DNA of 64,000 nucleotides from NCBI RefSeq assembly GCF_006345805.1, contig NC_043024.1:13268001-13332000 (forward strand). The letters are read 5' to 3'. Of this stretch, positions 56,606 through 64,000 are shown piece by piece (position 1 is the stretch's first letter; every line of letters begins with the position of its first letter). The DNA is from Octopus sinensis. Taxonomy: Eukaryota. The notes beneath the pieces are model-generated. The model was not told the origin of the DNA and made no database searches. It saw nothing but the letters and a program-made list of their open reading frames with translations. Both the position numbers and the translations under genes were made by a program.

Positions 56606-57802
56606 ATGTTTTTCAATATGACTACAAACTATCTTCGTCGTGTTTTTCAATATAACTGCAAATACATCGCTGTGTAGGTGAACAGAATTCTATAAATATT
56701 TAAATATTTGATATCTATAACAATACTTATCAGGCAGAATACGATACATAGGTGTGTGTGTGTGTGTGTCTGTGTGTATGTGTATGTGTGTATGTGTGTG
56801 TGTGTGTATCTGCTGGTTTATGTAAGCCCCTATGCAGAAGTGTATGTGTGTTTGCAAGTATATATGTGCCTAAATATATATGTAAAAATGTGATCTATCA
56901 GAACGTATACATATTTACAGTTTGCATACACACCCACAAACTCACCAGTATACAGAAGCACACACACACACACACACAACACACACACACACACACACGT
57001 GTGTGTTTGTGTTTGTGTGTGTGTTTGTGTTTGTGTGTGTATTCATATTTCGTTACGTCTGGTAAGTAATGTTATAAATATCAAATATTTATAGAACTCG
57101 ATGCACCTACAGAGTAATGTATTAGTTCTCTCATATTTTTTTTCTATGTGTGTGTTTATTTGTCGTATTAAGAAACACGATGAAACATACTTAGCTTACC
57201 GAGACGGATGTCTGTAAGAAAAAAAAATATATGTAACTCTGTTATCTTCGGAATTTATTTTCTTCGCAGAATAGAAACTAGAGACACCCTGTACGTCTTT
57301 CTACATTTACGTCGACCATAGATTTTCTCGAAGCATTTAGTTAACACATCCATACTTATAGACATAAGCGCGCACGCTTATGCTTCTAGGTAAGAATACA
57401 CAACACAAACAGAGATATATAGGTGTGTGTGTGTGTGTGTAATTTTAAAATTTAGAATTGTGACATGCTCAGTTGTTTAGTTAAGCAGTTCGATTTGCAG
57501 TCATGTGGTCCCGGGTTCAGAGCCTCACAGCGGCACCTTAAAGAAGTGTCCTCACTTTAGTCAGGGGCCTAGTAATGCCTTGTATGTGTGGATTATTTTG
57601 ATAGAAACTGCGCAAATGCCTGTTGTCTGTCTGTCTGTCTATTTGTATATATGTCATTATTCAGTTATGTATGGTTATGGTTATGTATGTAAGATATGTA
57701 TGATTACAGCAGCCATATATATCTTACATCTATTTTCTTCCCTCCACCTCACTCTCTATTTGTATTACATCGAAACTAACTATTAATTTTTCCTCTCATA
57801 CC

Positions 57803-57854
57803 GTCTCCGATGAAGAGATATTATTAATTAATATTCTAGAAACAGCTGTAAGAC
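57803..57854 (+). ncRNA. Minimal type I hammerhead motif, family H1 (U4C variant), in an element at ~57745-57920
   Basis: GTCT CCGATGA AGAGATATTA TTAAT TAATATTCTA GAAA C AGCT GTA AGAC; flanks homologous to 27900-28030; palindromic AGCT loop. Confidence 0.7.
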
Positions 57855-57998
57855 CTTCTATCTATAAATGCTCTAATATCTATACAGCTTTGGTTTTTTT
57901 TACCTCATTACGCAAAAATTCACATACACACACACACACACATATATATATATACATATATACATATGCATATACATATACATATAGATATATATATA

Positions 57999-58163
57999 AC
58001 GGGAAGCTTTATGAAAATAAACAAAAGACGAAGGCAGGTGGAGTACAATCAAACAATTGTATTAGTATGGCGCTCAGGAATAGAAATAGAACAAGTCTTT
58101 TACGTTTCGAGCCTACGCTCTTCGACAGAAAGATACACAGAAAAGGAACAAGGAGAGAAACGG
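57999..58163 (-). mobile_element. Penelope-like terminal fragment family H2 with hammerhead-like motif
   Basis: Minus strand 58097-58132 CTTT CTGTCGA A GAGC GTAG GCTC GAAAC GTA AAAG; between (TA)n and (TATC)n. Confidence 0.7.
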
Positions 58164-58178
58164 TATATCTATCTATTT

Positions 58179-58251
<73 letters not shown>

Positions 58252-59863
58252 ATATATATATATATATATTCATGTCTGTGTGTGTGTCTTTGCGTCTTTG
58301 TTTGTATCCCCATTACCACTTCATAACCAGTGTTGATGGGTTCACGTTCCTGTAACTTAGCGGTTCAGGGAAAACCCGATAGAATAAGTATTAGAATAAG
58401 TAGGTCCTGGGTTCGATTTGTGAGACTAAAACCCTTCAAGGCGGTGCTCCAGCATGTCCGCAGTCAAAAGACTGAAACAAGCAAAAAGAATAAAAGAAAA
58501 CAAGCATAATATGATATCGTATTATTTAGCAGTGTCAGATGCGTGTGGGGGGAATGTGTGTTAGGAAGAAAGAAGGGACATGAAACGTGAGGCGAAAGAA
58601 AATATTGTGAAAATATCAGACAAAGGTCAGATATACACAGCGCAGAAGGGAATCAGTGTAGGGAACAATAAAAGGTCAATTCAATCAAATACAGCGAACG
58701 GGCAAACAAAACGACAAAGATCACGAGTTTAGGATTTTGTGGTTATTTAGTTGCCGGTCACACATGATCGACTGAAGTCCGTGTTTTCGTCTCTTGGGAG
58801 GGACGTTCATTCATGTGGAAAAGATAGGATGTGGTTGTTGCCACTCTATAGTAAATACGTGGGTAACATTTGCGCTCACGATTTGCAAAAATATCAGCGA
58901 AATCACTATGGTCTATAATAATTATAATCTTGTGTTTTTCTCCGTCACAACATATGAATGAGAAAGGAAGCGGTGATAGGTCAATAAGGAAGGAGTGATG
59001 GCAAACTGGTGGGATGGTGAACATTCAACGCTGAAAAGAAATATCAAACAGCGTTTCAACTCTGTGTGAGTATATGTATGTGTGTATGTGTGTGCTGTAC
59101 AAGTGAAGTATGTGAATGTATGTGAACACTGACAAGTGTATTAATTTGATCTACCATCCATATTTATATATAAAATACTACAATTAGCCGTTATTTTTAA
59201 CGTCAGGGGACCAGACAGTATATTAAATAAAACAGGACCTAGTCGGGTATACTCTTAAAAAATATTGCTTCTCGCGCCGTACAAAGGGCTAAATTTCGGT
59301 GAGCTGTTTACTCGACAGCATCGAGTTAAATACTTTTCATTACTTTTTTGTATCGTTGCCTGAATGTATTTAAAGTCACAGACGACCTCGGAGGTACATG
59401 AACTCAGAACATATCAGGCAGGAAAAATGTCTGAAACAATTTCATCTGACGATCCAACGATTCTGAATTGTCAATTTATAACACTGTTGGCTTTTCTGGA
59501 TGGTCAACAGTGCTATGAATTCGATCATAGGTCTGCTATAAAAGGGCCCATTAAGGGCTAAATAGAAGGAACTACAAAAAGTAAAATTCGAGGAATGGTT
59601 ACTGGATATTATAAATTAATGGGCTAGAAACAACAGCTAAAACAACCTCGACAGAGACACCCAGTCATCACGTTAGTTGGATATTATTGGATATTTCTAT
59701 TGATCTTTATCAAATCGCTAAGGAAGGTTTTTCACGCAGACATTAAATCGATGCATCGGATTACAGCGGTAAACATAAACAAAATGGACAATAATACAAG
59801 CAAGCAATACACACACGCACACACACATTTAGCGTGTGTGTGTATGCATAGACACACACACAT

Positions 59864-59894
<31 letters not shown>

Positions 59895-59920
59895 TGTATG
59901 TATATATATATATACGTATA

Positions 59921-59955
<35 letters not shown>

Positions 59956-60089
59956 TAAATGTTGAAGTGAATCGAACGGCTTTTGTGTGTTTCTTAAATG
60001 GCTTACAAACACCTTCCACGCTGCAATTGTTTTCGTTCCAGCACACGATCTCAGATCAAATCACTTGCTATGCGAGTACATCTCCCTAC

Positions 60090-60121
<32 letters not shown>

Positions 60122-60122
<1 letters not shown>

Positions 60123-60204
60123 CGCGAGAAAGAAGCAACAAGAATGGATAGGTTTAAATTCATTTAAATTCATTTAAATTAACTTGAATCTTTATTGCTT
60201 TTTG
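60122..60204. mobile_element. Internally deleted sister of the 5853-6042 element
   Basis: Same left end ACGCGAGAAAGAAGCAACAAGAATGGATAGGTTT and right end AAATTCATTTAAATTAACTTGAATCTTTATTGCTTTTTG; (TA)n on both sides. Confidence 0.8.
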
Positions 60205-60274
<70 letters not shown>

Positions 60275-60659
60275 AGTGTGTTTACATATATAAATGTATA
60301 CATACATATGTAGGTATGTATCATATGTATACAACATGTGTGTGTCTGTGTGTAGACAGATTGACAGACGATCGAATGTTTATAGTGTTGGAAATACATG
60401 CTTGGAAAGACATTAACTGCCATCAATAAATGTTATCAAAATAAACGCGTGGAGTGAGGGTCAACGTTGAGTCGCTGTTTGAAATATAAGCCTGGAATTT
60501 GTGGAGTTAATTGGTCTTTCAGACAAGGGTGTCATAACTTGTCTTGAAATATTCACGTTAGGAATTCGTATCGAACAAGAAATTAATTAATGGTTTCCAG
60601 GTAAATAATAGTTGATGTACACGGGGCTGAAGGATTATCTTTGCCTCTTGTAAATCATA

Positions 60660-60885
60660 TGTTTCACTCGTTAGTCTGCGGCCATGCTGGGGCACCACCT
60701 TTGAGAATTTTTAGTTGAATGATTCGTTCATAAGACTTCTTTTTTTAAAGTCCAGTACTTATCTTACATATCTCTTTTTGCCGAGCCGCTAGTTCCTCGG
60801 ACGTAAACACACCAGGACCGGTTTCCTAGCGGTGGTGCGGCACACATACATACACACACACACACTCAAATACACACACATAATT

Positions 60886-60949
<64 letters not shown>

Positions 60950-61120
60950 TTGTGTATGTATGTGTGTATGTACGACGGGCTTCTTTCAGTTTCCGTCTAC
61001 CAAATCGTCTCACAAGGCTTTGGTCGGCTATAGTAGAATACAACTGCTTCCGGTGCCACACAGTAGAATCGAACCCAGAACCACGAGGTTGGGGAGCGAG
61101 CTTCTTACCACACGCCCACG
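60660..61120 (-). mobile_element. SINE family B, near full length, diverged
   Basis: CTGCGGCCATGCTGGGGCACCACCT...ACGACGGGCTTCTTTCAGTTTCCGTCTACCAAATC...GAGCTTCTTACCACAC. Confidence 0.85.
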
Positions 61121-61763
61121 AGTTTATATTTCAAAACTTTCAGATAATGTCCTTTGTCGAGTGAACTATTTCTGTAGTACCATTATCGTACTAACAACTG
61201 CCTATTATTTCGTTTTAGAATGACCATTGTTATATGCAATATTGGTACACCAAGAGTTATTCAAGTGTATTTAAAGCATTATCATTATAAGTACAACAAG
61301 CTGGCCTCGTGCTATAAAAAATGACGGCTAATTGTAGTATTCTATACACAAATATGGTACATATTGATCACACATACACACATATATTCACACACTTCCC
61401 TTGTACACGCACACACATACAAACACACATACACACACACCACACACATATATACTGACGCAGAGTTGAAACGCCGATCGATTTTTCTTTTCAGAGTTGA
61501 ATGTTCACCATCCCACTTCCATTTCACACACACACACACACACACATTGATTTTTTTCCACCGTAGAATTTCCATCATCCCACTACCAAGTTTGCCATCA
61601 CCCCTTCCTTCCTTATTCATCTATCACCCCTTCCTTTCTCATTCATATGTTGTGACGGAGAAATACAAAAGAGTACAAACAAGTATTATTCTAAGTACAA
61701 TCCCTGTAACAGATTTATACCGACAGTACTATAATACATAGAGCTGACATTATAATACTAGCA

Positions 61764-62242
61764 GATGAAAGGCAAAGTCGACCTTGGGGGAATTTGAACT
61801 CGGAATGTAACGGCAGACGAAATACCTATTTCTTTACTACCCACAAGGGGCTAAACACAGAGGGTACAAACAAGGACAGAAGAAGGGATTAAGTCGATTA
61901 TATCGACCCCAGTGCGTAACCGGTACTTATCTAATCGACCCCGAAAGGATGAAAGGCAAAGTCGACCTAGGCAGAATTAGATCTCAGAACGTAACTGCAG
62001 ACGAAATACCTATTTCTTTATTACCCACAAGGGGCAAAACATAGAGGAGACAAACATGGACAGACATAAGTATTAAGTCGATTACATCGACCTCAGTGCT
62101 TAACTAGTACTTATTTAATCGATCCCGAAAGGATGAAAGGCAAAGTCGACCTCGGCGGAATTCGAACTCAGAACGTAACGGCAGACGAAATACCGATAAC
62201 GTCTCGCCCGGCGTGCTAACGTTTCCGCAAGCTCATCGCCTT
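61764..62242 (-). mobile_element. SINE family A tail-A trimer (third unit truncated)
   Basis: Junctions GAAATACC|TATTTC at 61819-61832 and 62003-62016; single head at the right end. Confidence 0.9.
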
Positions 62243-62297
62243 ATTGCTATACCAGAAGATAAGATGTTGTATTATAAAGGGTCTTTATTATACTACA

Positions 62298-62490
62298 GTG
62301 GCGGGGACCTGGCAGAAGCGGTATTTCATCTGTCTTCGTGTTCTGAGTTCAAATTCCACCGAGGTCGACTTTACCTTTCATCCTTTCGGGGTCGGTAAAA
62401 TAAGTACCGTTTGATCACAGAGATCGATGCAATCGACTTACCGCCTCATCCGATCTTCCTGTCCTTGTGTTAAATTTTAAATAAGTATTA
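62298..62490 (+). mobile_element. SINE family A, plus-strand copy
   Basis: GAGTTCAAATTCCACCGAGGTCGACTTTACCTTTCATCCTTTCGGGGTCGGTAAAATAAGTACC. Confidence 0.85.
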
Positions 62491-62869
62491 TGCTACAATC
62501 AGTATAATATTATTTCATTAAATCTTATTATGTAATTTGTAGATTTAACATTGTTATATTAACATTTCTATAGCAACATATTCGATGATGTATTTTAAAT
62601 CATAATTGTTATCATGTGCTGACAATACTATAATGTAATCTGTAGTTACCATCACTTTGGTAACTGATGAGATATTTTACTTTAAAGAGACATCAGTGCT
62701 CTGTTACATTGCATAATGCGATTTGATTTTAGTATAATGCAGTCGTTAGAGTCGTATTAACAAATATGAATTTTCTAGGTTAAAAGATGGTGAAAATCAG
62801 AAGAATGGTGCGGGTGAGCATTTTAGGTAAGCAGTTGACTGAAGTAGTCCTCAACAGACTGCCTTGTAC

Positions 62870-62945
62870 TGGGAAAAGGTCCAGGAGCCACAGTTGGTAC
62901 CTTTTAGCGATTGAGGTTGGCTGCAGGGGATTCATTAGAAGTCCA
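62870..62945 (+). pseudogene. HERO/R2-group RLE retrotransposon C-terminal fragment
   Basis: SWYLLAIEVGCRGFIRS contains the EVGCRGF motif typical of HERO-like endonuclease ends; short match. Confidence 0.5.
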
Positions 62946-63059
62946 GAAGATTTGATTAGTAAAAAGTGATCAGGTGTGGCGTTTCAGTGGTTGTAGTGAC
63001 TCTTGAATTGCAATGAGGTCGAACACGAAGTTTGAATGGTTTTTAGCTGTAGGGCCACT

Positions 63060-63190
63060 GCTCTTGGTACGAGATGCAAAGGGCTGCACAAGTCGGTTGT
63101 GACAGCTGAAATACGGGAAGCAATGAACGGCTGCACGAGTCACAAATTGACAGGTTTGGATAATCTTCTCTTCGATCTTTACGAAAAGTA
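63060..63190 (+). pseudogene. L1/Tx1-like ORF2 fragment (pre-RT region)
   Basis: VVTAEIREAMNGCTSHKLTGLDNLLFDLYEK resembles IT..EI.EAM....GKSPGLDGLP.E.Y. Confidence 0.5.
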
Positions 63191-63194
63191 GACT

Positions 63195-64000
63195 ATCGAA
63201 GAGCAGAAGAAAATAACATAGCATGGTATGTAAAAAATGCCACGGAACCACTATTAGTGGAAGTAAGCACGTCAAGCCTGTGTAGGATGTAAGATAAAGC
63301 ATTGTACAAGCAACTGAAAACGAATGAAACTGAAAACAGGTGGGTAAAGAAAAGAATGCATGGACAATTTCATAGGGATGTTGAAGATAAGACAGATAGA
63401 GAAAAAAGATAGCTATGGATGTCTATAACTGATTTAAAGCCGGAAACAGATGCTCTAATCTGCGCAGCCCAAGAGCAAGCACTATGAACGAATTACATGA
63501 AATACAAATTAGACAACACATCAGGATTAAATAAGTACCAGTTATGCACTGGAATCGTCATAATCGACTTAATCCGTTTGTCTGTCCTTGTTTGACCCCT
63601 CTGTGTTTAGCCCTTTGTGGGTAGTAAAGAAATAGGTATTTCGTGTGCCGTTACGTCGACTTTGCCTTTCATCTGCTAGTATTATAATATCAGCTATATG
63701 TATTATATTTCACTCGACAAAAGTCATAAGTGCAGAATTTGTGGACAAAATGGTGAAACTCTATGGCATGTCACCAGGCAATGTACGCCACTGGCCCAAA
63801 AGGAATATAAGAGACGTCATGCCAATACAGCAAGGATTGTCCATTGGACATTTTGCAAAAAGTATGGACTTGACACAGCAAAAATGTAGTACGATCATAA
63901 AGCCGAAGGCATCATCGAAAATGATAATGCAAAGATCTTTTGGGATTTTATGATTCAGTGCGACCATAAGATAGAAAATAAGAAGCCAGAAATAGTGTTA
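63195..64000 (+). pseudogene. R4/Dong-like non-LTR retrotransposon ORF fragment (CCHC knuckle plus start of RLE), runs off the window
   Basis: MHGQFHRDV..DLKPETDALICAAQEQAL*TNY..CRICGQNGETLWHVTRQCTPLAQKEYKRRH..WDFMIQCDHKIENKKPEIVL; in-frame stops; interrupted at ~63525-63718. Confidence 0.85.

Larger units (their letters stand above)
57465..58495 (+). mobile_element. SINE family B split by nested insertions (head 57465-57625, tail 58270-58495)
   Basis: CCCGGGTTCAG...GGCACCTTAAAGAAGTGTC...GATAGAAACTG; later GTAACTTAGCGGTTC...AAGGCGGTGCTCCAGCATG..GCAGTCAAAAGACTGAAACAAG. Confidence 0.7.

Noticed and set aside
57363-57390. Hairpin CATAAGCG-CGCA-CGCTTATG followed by CTAG as a Helitron 3' end
   Set aside because: Spacer only 3 nt, no following T, no identifiable 5' TC end or second copy.
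62641-62700. CTGATGAG with flanking hairpins
   Set aside because: No GAAA-stem III-UH arrangement; short stems are expected by chance in AT-rich DNA.

Overview
Non-genic, very AT-rich animal DNA, most likely from an octopod cephalopod (inferred from SINE families I recall from octopus genomes; not database-checked). No host protein-coding exon or bona fide RNA gene can be supported, and most ORFs in the track are translations of microsatellites. The window contains very large (TA)n/(CA)n/(GATA)n/(TAA)n arrays, a 100-N gap and at least four tRNA-derived SINE families. It also holds decayed non-LTR retrotransposons (R4/Dong-like x2, L1/Tx1-like, HERO/R2-like, an unassigned LINE 3' end), a Tc1/mariner transposase relic and two MITEs. 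Three signals stand out. (1) One SINE subfamily almost always ends next to the motif RKTATY, including the GGTATTTC inside its own head. This suggests site-specific self-insertion that builds SINE concatemers, and a candidate partner-LINE 3' end sharing its tail lies in the window. (2) About nine short (TA)n-embedded modules carry full or partial minimal type I hammerhead-ribozyme motifs of the Penelope-associated kind; several sit in or beside the internal microsatellite of a CORE-SINE. (3) A templated inverted copy of local DNA is inserted in a LINE.
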